From positions 4,278,001-4,342,000 of the forward strand of contig OZ316775.1 in NCBI GenBank assembly GCA_973851085.1: a DNA stretch of 64,000 nt, in the 5' to 3' direction. A model generated the notes under the pieces. That model saw only the letters and a program-made list of their open reading frames with translations. It ran no database searches and was not told where the DNA came from. The position numbers and the translations under genes were made by a program. The stretch comes from Ptychomitrium polyphyllum (Eukaryota). Shown here in pieces: positions 11,191 through 23,018 of this stretch; position 1 is the stretch's first letter, and each line of letters starts with the position of its first letter.

Positions 11191-14009
11191 TGAGATATGC
11201 ATTTTAGCTTAATTTGACTATTGTAGTTCCAAAATTGTTGTTTTGTCCCATTATAATGAATATAGTGTAATGTCATTAGAATGCAAGTGCACTTCTGTGG
11301 TTGAATTCTTGTTCTTAGCCTTTCAAGTGCATGATTAAGGAAAAAAACCAAATCCCATTACATTAAATAGGTGGGAATTTAGAAATGACTACAAAATTGT
11401 TATCTTCTTTAGATTTTGAAATATGTATATCATTTTTGAATAGTGTAGGGAAGATCTTAAGAGTTATTGAAATCTAGTATTGACATGTTATATCCTTCCA
11501 ATAGTCAAATCAACTCATGTATGTGGAAACAAATTGTATGAATCAAGGTTTTTATGAGGTTAGTCTTATTAAAAGAATAATTATATATTGTCACAAACCT
11601 ATCACTAATTAATCCAATTTCATTGTCATGTTCTTATTCTAATCAATGCTCATCTCAGTTGGTTTGTTCACTCTTTAGGAGTTTCAATTTCCAAAATGCA
11701 AACACCTTTTATAATACCTTTAAAATTGAATTAGACATATCAAAAATTCTAGCCTGAATACTAGCAAAAAGCTTCCCAACCTGACAAACTTTGTGCATTA
11801 TTCTTCACTTTTAGTAGCTGACCATATAAAGCTAGCTGTTTGCAACACTGCACAACAAATTTATTTAATTTTAAAAACTTGGCAAATTTCTCAAAAATAA
11901 CCCTTTGTATTTCAACAAAAATTCAGCAGAATAATTTACGTTTCAAAACTTGACGATAATTAGCCAAATTCTAGAACCTTGTTGGTGAACCTGCAAACAT
12001 CGCTACAATTTAGCTGCCACCTGACATGGTTAAGTGGTTACATTGCCACAAATGTGTAAAGTGAACAGCATGCCTGTGAGGCGGTGACAATGCCAAGATC
12101 TTGCATGAATTGAGTTGCTCTTGTACTCTGTTCTACTTCACGTCACTTTTCACAACAAGGAGGCTGCACAGCCTGCACAGGGTGTCCAGCCAGAAACATA
12201 ACTCCCAGGTCAACTCACTTGGCGAAATTCACGATAAACCAAACTTTTTAGGCTGAACTTGGTGGCAAACCTCTATATTCACAGTAACAGCAATCGACAT
12301 GCTGCCCATGGATGCTCGCCGTACAGAGCCTGCCTTTGTGTGGAAATCTTTAGACTATCTGATCATGAACGAAATGATCTACAGGTGCAAAGCTTGTGGT
12401 CACCAAAATGAGGGATGGCCACCATGGTGGTGAAGGGAAGTACTTTGATAGAAGCAGACATCGAAATTGCTAGTAACATCTAAGTTCTCATGAATCTCAT
12501 CTGACGCCTGTATCAACCAGGTTTCAAGACCTGTGTTTTGCGACCTCGTGTCAAGACCTGGTTGTGTCTAATTTTTAATATTTTGGGCCGACAGTTTAAC
12601 CTGGAGGTCGGAGGCAACCGGAGGTTTGTGCACCGATTTTCAGCAACGTGCTTGCAAATGGATTGCAAAGCTGAGTGAATCGGCTTGGGCGATTCTGGTA
12701 AGAGACGCTCACTACAATGGTTTCCAGCAGCTTGACATTAAGAAGCTCAATCAGGGCAGAGTTGCCACGCCCTGTACACAATGCTTCTCCTTCACACCTG
12801 TGCCGTTGGGCTCTGATTCGTCTGCAATTAGCATGAACTTGAGGCGGCGCTCTGCATTCGAGAGCGACCATCCGCACTACCCCTTAGCTTCGGAAACAAG
12901 TCTGAAACTCGAATGTTCACTCGGTCCCTTATCGAGTACCTGACGTGGGAGAAAAGTCAGAACCTCAAAAAAGCAATCATCCATTCAGAGGAGGTTGTCA
13001 ATTATCCCGGTGGCTCATGATCATACTGGATCAAGCCACAATAACGTCAAATTCTGCAAGATCGCAGCAGCAGCATCCAAAGAACGAAGTTGAATCGAAG
13101 CGTTAAGCTCCGTCTCACTCAAATACTAACTTCCATAGACAAGCGTAGAAACCCCAAGGTACCGAGTGCAGAAATCGCGTCTTTGGAACAATAGAGGGCT
13201 TCATTGCGCGTTCACAAATGTTCAGATTGTCATTACAAGAAGTTGCTGCAGTTCTGACATCCTCTCGCAGCAACGAAAATATACACGACTCAGTTTCAAT
13301 ATTTTAGTAGCACAAAACAAATGGAAGTTATACGGTATTTTTCCTCGCCACCGTAATGAATTATGGTGGTGAAATTTGGTGGTCCGCACACCCGTTTTCA
13401 CTAATGGAAGTTATGAACACAGTCTGACTACGGAACATCTAAGAACACCTGTGACAGCACTGCTCATACACTTGATACGTACTGACAGTTACCTCCTGAA
13501 GTCGAATGTGATGAATTATGTTCCTGTAAGAATGTCAAGGAGGAGCTTCGATATGCCAAACATAACAGGTGCTATAAGATTATTGAGTTGGGTCCATGGA
13601 TAGCTCTACGGTTCACTAGAACTTCTTCTGGCAAGATAGAATTAGACCTCGAGGATAAAATCAATCTTTTGGGGGAGGGTGTTCAGTGGTCCCATTGAAG
13701 AATATTATGCAACCGCCTTGCGATGTTTCATTGCTCACTCAATAATCGGACCACCCTTGTACCAATTGGAATTCATTAGAAACCAATCACCCCGAATCAT
13801 AAAAACTTACCGATGATGCCAAACATAACTTAGCAAAACCTACCAGAGCTTATCAGGACTAATCAGAAGATTCACTGCGCCGAGAAATTCAACTTCACAG
13901 AGGAGCAGCCTTGTAACCAAGAAACTGACTACAGAATCTGGAAAACTGGAATAATCAGCACAAGCCACTGTAATCAGTGGTCATTAATCAACACAATTAA
14001 GCGAGGATT

Positions 14010-16101
14010 TCAGTTCAAGGATTGAGCAACGGCAGGCTGGCCGATAGCATCGAGCTCAAACTCCTTTATGTGATCGGCGAGCACCGCCATTCCATAGTCA
14101 TATGCGAATCGATCACTCCGGTTTCTGGGGTTGACGTAGATCATGTTCTTATCGATAAACTCCTCGCACACCTCGTCTCTCTTGTTGATTGTGTTGTGGT
14201 AGTGGTAGTAGTTCAATGGGTCCGCATAGGAAGTTGCGTTGCTGCCGATCAGGTACCCTGACCGGTGAATCCCCGTCGCCATCGCCTTCCGCCCTTGGAT
14301 GGCGTATTTGCAGTCGTGTGACTCCCGCACTTTGATGCTCTTGAACACCAGTTTCTCGAACGTCCATTTGCTGCCGACGAATGGGAGACAGAGAGGTCAG
14401 AGAAGAGTGATACCATGTATGTGCAATGAAACCCTAGATTAGGGTTAGAGCTCCTCTTGTTCCCTCACCTTGCGAAGTGGTGGTGGATTCTTCCTTGAAA
14501 AGGTGCGATGTTGGTCATATTCTTATGTGCAATGATGCTGATAAATTTTATATCATGCTGTGCTCATGAAATTATTTGTACAAAAATAGCAGTGAGGATA
14601 AAACCTTAATGAGCTTCTCACCTTGCGAAGTGGCTGTCATTCGTCGTGAATTCTTCCTTGGCGCAGAGACTCTTAGACATAGGTTTCTGCCAGATGATGA
14701 TTTGTGACTGATTTTCGTACCGGGCGAGAATGGAGGCTAATGAGTCGTCATCTGGCGGAATCCACATATACTCGTCTACGTCGTAGAAGAAGAGCCAGCG
14801 GGCGAGGTGGCGGGCGCGGTGGAAGCAGTCGTTCACCACCATGAACTGGTTCAGGGTACACAACTCCTTGTGGTCAGTTGAGGACAACTACTCATGAATT
14901 GTACATTAACCTAGAAAAGAACGCAGCCATGAAGAATTACAGAAATGCCAAAGTGAGAAAAGCGGTACCGATCGATGGTTACCTGGTTGTGGTAATACCC
15001 ATCGAATTTCTCCTGTTCTCTGATGTTGTCAAGAGTGACGCGGCCCGCTTTAATCCAGGGCTCAATCACACGGCGGACCTCCTCATGGACGCCACCAGCG
15101 TCGTACAGGAAGAAATGCGACCTCGCGCCGAAGAAGTGCGCGTGATAAGCTATCCACTCTCGGATTTTTTGAGGACTAAGGTTGCCGAACAAGGGTGAGC
15201 CGCAATAGACGTAATCGTACTTCTGAGTCGGGGAATCGTAATATTCCACCCCTGGAAACTCTTCCTCTGACTCCGTGAGGACGACAATGCGCTCTGGGTT
15301 TTCAGGGTAATGATCGCCATAGCTGGCGTATAACACAAGCTGGCCGCCTTTTCTGTCAATGCCGACATCTTGAGAGAATGTGCAGTTGATGATGACTGAG
15401 CTGTAGATTCGGCTGTAGATGTTGCCGGTGTCGGGGAGCATCTTTGTGGCCATGCCCTTGAGAGGTGGCCAGGTCGGAGAAGCTGGGCCTGGAATCCAGA
15501 TGCATTCGTAAGGCGGGTCATTGTAAAGCTCGGCTGGGTTCTTCGCTTCAAGGCCGACGATTGCGAAGGAGTTTGGGCTTCCTCTGTAGGCTGACATCTT
15601 GATGAAGAGATGCACTGCCACTCCGTATGTATCGAATTGGCGAATGTTTTCATGTTTATTTGGATCATTCTGCACAGAATCATGTTGGACATGCATGTGC
15701 GTTCAGGAATTCTATTTGAACGCGAAATTTGCTTGAATTCATTCGTTGACATAAAAAGAGTGTGTGAGACTGATGGATACCTTTGGAATGAAGCTACCAC
15801 TGGGTTTTACGAGGCTGTTTTGAGTTTCAGCTGGCAAGGTAATGGGCTGCACGTTGTTAAGGCGGTCAGTGATACAGTTTTCGCTTTGATCAGTTGCCGC
15901 GTTCTCAAACTCTTGTTTAGAGTGGAGCACATGCAGAGCTGCGAGAAGGAAAATGGAATTTACAACAACCAGGAGGAACATTTTGGCGAGGGATTCTGCA
16001 CTCAGAGCTGTCCTGCATCCTGCAACTGAGGTTTCGAGAACACTATCGCCCTTCCAAAGCTTTTCATTGAGCTCTGACTTTCTTAGCCACTGCCGAGCCA
16101 T
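14010..16101 (-). CDS. GALS: GT92/DUF23 glycosyltransferase, galactan beta-1,4-galactosyltransferase (GALS)-like, copy A. Exons 16101-15781, 15669-14983, 14845-14622, 14370-14010
   Basis: Type II membrane anchor, then LFIKMSAYRG, YDYVYCGSPLFGNLSPQKIREWIAYHA, HFFLYDAGG, YYHNQFMVVNDC, FFYDVDEY (DxD), WTFEKLVF, KYAIQ, ATGIH and YYHYHNTI. Confidence 0.93.
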
Positions 16102-17449
16102 AAGAATAATAGGTCCAGATGTCTAGCCTCAGGAGCAGAAATCAATAAGGTTAAAATTGTGATACTGTCTACAACATCATCTTGCTCGATATTGCTAATC
16201 AAGGTACTACTAGGGTCAACTTGTGCAATCCTTTGTACATCTTCAGGTCAGTGTGAAGGTGCGCCAGCCTTTGAAATAATTTCACCAACTCCAAAGTCAA
16301 CGTAGAGGCTAGATGCAAGGGCATCATCTCTTCGTCCTTCCAGTTTATAGTGATTGACATTTGAGAACTGACCACAGGCATGGCGCTGCTTCTGTGAGAG
16401 TGGGTTGCTCACGCTTTCCTTCAGCTGCCGGTCTTCCCTGTGCAGGTATTCCCATGCTTGTGGCATTTGCTTGCTGTTCCCATGTTATCGTGATCCCATG
16501 TTGCTAATTTGGAGGGGATTCTAAAATCTACATATACTATGGGATTCTTCATAAATATTCTACGAAAAAATTTATCCTCACTTGCTTATGTATGAAATTT
16601 GGAAACTCTGCCGATATCTGCATCCCCATTAGATTTCGGTTTTAAGCTTAAAAGCTTGTACGCTATCTCTGGTTGAATTCTTCCAGCTCCAAATCTCCAT
16701 GCACGTCTTTCTAGAGCACTATAATTTGCTTCTTAACATCCTCGTATATGCATGCACTTTAGCATAAACATCTTAAAGTTGGCTATGGCACAAATTCTTG
16801 CTTACTTGTGCACTGAGTGAAGTCCTCCTCCTGTCATCACGAAACTTCTTAAGTCCATCAAGTTAGTGGAGTACCTAAGCCTGCACCTTCCGTTATATGG
16901 ACACTGCACCTAATCTAAAGACAACATGCATTATTTGCAGCTTGCATGGCCATGGTAATCTCCATACTTTTACAAAATCAAACTCAACCTATTACTGATG
17001 CAAGTTATGCAGCCTTGCCAGATTTTATATGCAACTGATAAAAGTTACCTTTTCACAACCCTTAACGGAACTTCACACACGCCAGACCCAGTGCAGAGCT
17101 ATGGCCAAACTTGCAGCTTGAAGACCTACAACTGGTTGGTCTCCAAAATTGGTCAAGTCCAAGAAAAATGTTGCATTCCTTTAAGAGGTGTTTCCCTTGC
17201 GTGGCCTCAAGATTTTCTCTCCCCTTTAGCATGTATTAGAGGATTTCAGCTCTCTTGGGGACCTACTCTTAACTCTTAATCCTGGCAAATAATTGAGGAC
17301 TAACAACAGCACTTTCTAAGATTCTTAAGCCAGAATTTCTCTGTTGGGCTACTATACCACTCCCAACAGACTCTTGATTCCTGCTAATCTCTTGACCAGA
17401 AGCTCACTTTTTCTTTTGGGCTACAAGAGTGCGATCAAACTAATCCCAC

Positions 17450-18300
17450 TAATTTTTCAGGACAGTCTTCTCAGAGATGAGAACTTCTCTAATTTGTGTG
17501 AAAGATGGTCGAATATTGGAATTGCTGTCCCAACAAACGTTTAATAGAGAAGCTAAAACCACCGGACATGATGATGGCAATTTGGTCTTTCACCACTAGT
17601 GACGCAGGTATACAGTTCGCAAGTAGATCTAGAAACGAATGGTGTTCCCCCAGTCAACATTTCTGAAACACACCATTGCAAACCTGCAAGCATCGACTAT
17701 CTTCCAATTAACCTGTCAATCTTTTCAAGGGCCGCAGATGCCCGCCACCTAGAAGTTCCTATCACCTCTCGAGTGGAATTTGCCAAGTCCTTGCCAACCC
17801 AAAGTCAATCAATTTCACACAGGCACAACCCTCTTTATATAGGTGACTAACCTCTGAGGGAGTAACGAGGATGTTGGAGAATTTTAAATCATGGTGGATA
17901 ATATCGTGTTCATGAATATACTCCATCCCTCGTGCCGTCTGCAGCATGATGTCAACTGCTGCTGTCGGCATGATCCCTTCAGGAAATTTCCTGCCATTGT
18001 TTTTTGATGAATTTCGAAAGACGAATGGACATAATCTCCAGCAAGAAATAGACCTTAGGCTGTTCACTGACTCAGAGCAGCTTTCACAATGTATGGGTGA
18101 TTCAATTTTTGCCAAAACGCTGACCCCTTTCGGATGTTCTGTCACAGAATCCTCATCTTTGGGGTCATGAAAGTGCTTCTAGCTTGGCACAAAATAAGGC
18201 CATCCGGTTCACCACAGAAACCGCTTCAAATGAGCTACGGGCGTGTTCGAAAGCTGGGTACTCAACCTTAACCCTGGAGAATTCTGGGACCTAGTCATCA
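17450..18300 (-). pseudogene. Frameshifted Raf-like/TKL-type protein kinase pseudogene
   Basis: Kinase subdomains occur in order but in different frames: VSVLAK/LNHPYIVK (frameshift in an A run), DIMLQTARGMEYIHEHDIIHHDLKFSNILV, VKLIDFGLAR, VIGTSRWRA, VDACRFAMVC/EMLTGGTPF, and CPVVLASLLNVCWDSNSNIRPSFTQI. Confidence 0.8.
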
Positions 18301-20735
18301 AGCAAATTGCAGCATAAACACCATTCTTCCGTTGAAGGGTGCACTGCACAAGTAGTCTTTCTTCTACACCCAAAGCAGGTCATGCAAGTAGGTCTCACGC
18401 ATATTTGGAGATCAAGAATAATTCCTTGAATGCCAGTTGGTATTTTCCTTGGAAAACGGCTGTTTGCAGCCTGAACTGCTTAGAGCTGAACACTTGAACC
18501 ATAGTATTTTCTCAAGTCAAAATGACGCCAATTTCCTTGAAAAGATTCGGAATGTATTTGTGCCTTTTGTTCTCTGGAACCTGACTAGATGACAAGTAAT
18601 TGTAAGCTAGTTGGATAATACGCCAGGGATGGATGCACAATTTTTCATTCAACAGGTAGCTTGCATTATCTGGTGAGCTATTAGTATTCTTCGGCCTCTT
18701 CTCCAGAACAGTTATTGCGAGCTCTAAGTACACCTCCATTTTCCAGCCTCTATCAAGATATCTGTAGATTACATCGATAGAATGTTGAAGGTAAAAATCT
18801 TACTCTGAGTAGCATCTCGCATCTCTTAACGCAGACACGATAAAATCCCCAGGCAGAGCTGCAAGCAATACTTCATTCGTATGTTCAAGTGCGCAGGATC
18901 TTGTGTGAGAGTAATTGATAAACATCTCTCAATGTCGAGCTCTGTGGTTATGCAGATCTTGTAATTTGTAACAGATTGATTAACTCTTCGTAGACCTCAA
19001 TAAGGATGTTCAATCAGCTATGAATATCAGACCTCAAATTGCTAAGCATTCGAACAAATTACTTCCTAACTTTTTGCCACAACCTGTGCCCTATCGACTT
19101 TTTTAGCTCATAAAGACTAGGTCAATGGCATACCTGGAAAAAATGGCACATCACGTTGCTAAATCATAAATCACATTCTACGAGTTGCACCTTCTAAGAT
19201 TTTCCTAATCACTGCCTTGGTTCCGCTACTCATTATCCTCATTAAGTTAAGGTCTGGGCAACAGCTAAAACTCACATGAGAGACTGAACCACACCCTCAG
19301 GGATCATCAATAGCTGAATATGGACTCGATTCAACGCTAGAAGTATTATTTTATGCAGATTAGGAAATTGCATTGCATTGCTGACACCTGGATTGTCATC
19401 ACTGGGGGATGTAGCTAACGTGGGTTTGCTGTCTTAGAGGATTTGATCCAGGCCCTGCTTGCTTGCATCATTTACAGGATTGCATAAGAAGTTGCCAGCT
19501 GGGACGACGAGTATCTAGTACGTTTTGGACTACAGCTTCGACTTGAGTCAAGTTGACTAATCAATTGCAGAGTTCAGTGTGCAGACACTTCTTGTCGTTC
19601 ATCTTGTTCCTTTCTAGTAGATCAAATAAACAAAACAAATCACAAGGAACGTTTTGAGTTTTACTACGTGCTAGTGGAAGATTACAAGAACTCTAAGAAT
19701 GGAAAGAGCTTGTGAAACATCTCATGAATGCGCTTTCACAGTTCATTAGGCATGAACCAAACGGCGCTCAATTGCACAAGCAAGGATATCGAGAGGTGTA
19801 TCGTCCCTTCCATTCTCCAGTCACTCAGATTAGCAGAGTACTTGCAAGCGTCTCAGTTCCTTCAGCAATGCCACTGAGACAATATGTTTGTATGTATGTT
19901 TGCTCTGTACCATAAAGATATTTGTTTGACGACATCTCACCGACTGAAAGACGGCAGTCACTCGAAAAATCTCGTGTACTCTTAAAAAAATTGGAGAGAA
20001 AAATCAACTGCAAAAACCGACTCAACAAGGAAATCTCAACACAAAACGGAAGAACATGAAATCCCATACCTCAGACCTTTGTTATATGATACCTATAAAT
20101 CAGAAAGACATTGTTGTAGCAGGACAAGCTTCTGTGATCAAAGCCTGGCAGCTCTACAGCAGGTGTTTACTTTTGTAAACCTTCTCTTGGTTCAAAGTTT
20201 TGCTAACTTCTGAAGCAACAAATATATTCTAAACCAGTACAACTGCATTTAATCCTTTGGCTCAAGACATAGTGGATTGTTTCCTCAAGGTCATTTCCAA
20301 ACAAGAACTAGAACCCTTGGATGCATGATGCAAGGTCCAACTTCCAGACAACAAATAGGAACTCTAGGCTCTGCCAAGAGGTAGAAATTATGAAGCAAAA
20401 AAAATCGGTTATTCGAAGTAACCTAGTTCATTGACGTTGAACATGAATCCCACGTGATATAATACATGACTGTCGAAACAGCAAAAAATTCGTGGAAATC
20501 AAAGAGCTTTCAATGCATATGCATTACTACCTCAGACAATCTATGCTCCGAAACAATTCACGGGGTGGACGGTGCATTCATATATCTCTATCTTGGAACC
20601 TTAAAAACCCTCTTTGTATGCAGGAATCTAACATTGTCGTTATATGATACAAGAGCAGGCACGAAACATGAGCCCTATCTACTGTGGTCCTTAAAAAATC
20701 AATAATTTACATCGAGACGCATGATCTCATGTTCT

Positions 20736-23018
20736 TCATTTCTGAAGATGAAGCTGGTGGAGGTCGTTTCCGAGAGCATCATGGAAATTGATTCGCAGCA
20801 CATGAGCAGTCATGGACACGGATATGAAGCCCTGCCCATCATATCCAAACTGAAGTCCATGTTCAGGTTTACCTTCCTGCAGGCCTTGGAAGGACTTGGA
20901 GCCCGCTCCGCTTGTGATAAAATGAACGGTGCTGCAGCAAACGGAAGAATCTGGAGTGTTAAAAAAATAGCAATGATAACATCACAAGAGACTCGCCTTT
21001 AGGTTTCATGTGTTTCGTAATAAGGCCCGAAAGAGCGGAATCATTACCTATCCTCCCTTTTGATATGTTCAAGGCAGTGGTCATGACCGTTGATGTATAA
21101 GTCGACGTTATGTTTCTGCAGAAATATCAAAACAAAAATCGGACTGAGGTAGGATTTAGTGGTTAAGGAATTTGATGACGTTCTCCATTCGGAGAAATTA
21201 GTTCAATGTTTCAATAATAGAATGGAAGAGTTGGAGCTAAGACTCGAAAAACTAACCTCCAGAACTGGAAGAACATGCTTGATCATTTCAAGGGTGTCAC
21301 CGTGACGGCCAAGACTACGAATAGTGTGATGCCCCACAACGATCTTCCATGTCGCTACAGATGACTTCAACGCCGAGTTCAAGTTCTGATACACAGCAGT
21401 AGAGCTAAATCAGTGAACTAGCGGCTTTCAATCCTTGCCAAAATAATGAGCACATGAAACCATATGCATTGCTGGAAAGTGGCTTAGACATTAGACCTCA
21501 AGCTGTGTGTCAAGATACTCTTGTCGAGGACCGAGTCCTCTCCAATCGAAATTCCGTTCTTGCTCCACACTCCAGTAGTCGTTAACGAAAGGTGTTGTGT
21601 CAATAAAGAAAAACTCCGCGATCTTCTCACATTGTCCTGCAAAGATGTGTCAAGAGTACACCAAATCAGGAGCCTCCTTTTCATGTCAGAAATCTAGAGC
21701 AAAATTGAAGCATGCTGGAATAGTTGAATCAATATCTTGCAACGACGTAATAGTATGAGCCAGTATTGAGGGGTTTGTAGGATGCATGACTGAACTACAG
21801 GAAGCAGGGTATGCAAATGCGATCAGCTTCACAATGAATTACCTCTGTGAGAAGGAGCACAAAGGGAGTGTTTTAGTTGGTAAGATCGTTGACAAAACCA
21901 ACGACTGTCTTTTAGGGTCAGAACATGTCCGATTTGCAACAGAGTGTCACCCAAGTAGTCGTGATTTCCCAACACTGCATTTCCACAAAGTTGAAAGGAA
22001 GCAACTTAGACGTCAATTGCACACAATTAACGCATGAACAACGAAGCATACAAACACTCACTCAAATAAGGCAGCTCATTCCTGTGACCTAAACAAGACC
22101 TTCGAAGTGAAGACTGTGTTCTGTTCGGCATTTGTACCTGAAAACCATTGCGTTTGCAAACTTCGTGCGGTGTACACCTTTGTGAAAGAGTTTTTGAATT
22201 TTGGATCATGAGGGCCTTCCAACCCAGCCTGGTAGAAGTTGTCACCCACCGAAATCACGAAGTTGATTCTCAGATGCTGCCCTACTCGACCCATCTGCAA
22301 AAGAAGACAAAACTAATGAAACTCTTCTTGACCTTCCTAAGCTCCATCATTATCATAAATTCTGCAGTTCAAACTACAAGAAATCCTCCTTTCCAGCAAC
22401 AGCACTGCCTCCCAGCCAAGAGCTTTTGGACGCGAATCTCGAAGCTCCATAGCTCCGAAATTATTCACTCCATCAAGAATAAGGGCCATTGCTCATAAAA
22501 CTGATACTCACATATTTTACAATAAAACTGCCAAAAGTTGATTCTGGCCAAAAAGCCAGAATCATCAATAGTAGATTCACTGTGTCAAAGATTCCGCTAG
22601 CTCATCTCTCACCTGCTTCGCGACCATGGTCTGGTTGAATCGCCCTTCCCGACCCCAATCACCAACTACCAAGAAATTTAATGGGTACTTCGGCCGCAAG
22701 GAATCTGTTAAAGCAGAATAGTTTCCCTCGTAAGCGTACAATAAGACTAAGCAGCCCGAAAGGAAGACCACAAGCACTGCAGCGACAGTGGTGGCCGCAA
22801 TACATAAGGGCCTCCTTCTCGAGTTCCCTCCCTCATCTTCCTGCATTGACAACATTTGTTGAATTCAGACACGAAAATAAGACTTATTATCACATTCCAC
22901 AATTGCAGATGGATCCATAAAGTAGGACATGAAAGGTGATGACGCAATTTACCTCCAGAGCAGTCGGCAAGAGCCCTATTTCCTCGTCTAGAGTCGGCTT
23001 CGTCCCTAAGATTGCCAT
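20736..23018 (-). CDS. PAP: Low-molecular-weight purple acid phosphatase (PAP3/7/8/17, TRAP-like metallophosphoesterase). Exons 23018-22953, 22840-22613, 22294-22138, 21974-21843, 21636-21497, 21385-21257, 21115-21048, 20931-20736
   Basis: All five metal-ligand blocks are intact: GDWG, GDNFY, GNHD, VVGHH, GHDH; SGAGSK is also present. Introns are canonical. The first exon is less certain; an alternative ATG lies at 22855. Confidence 0.92.

Noticed and set aside
19405..19455. GGGGATGTAGCT resembles the 5' end of tRNA-Ala
   Set aside because: No cloverleaf, acceptor-stem partner or proper T-loop follows.
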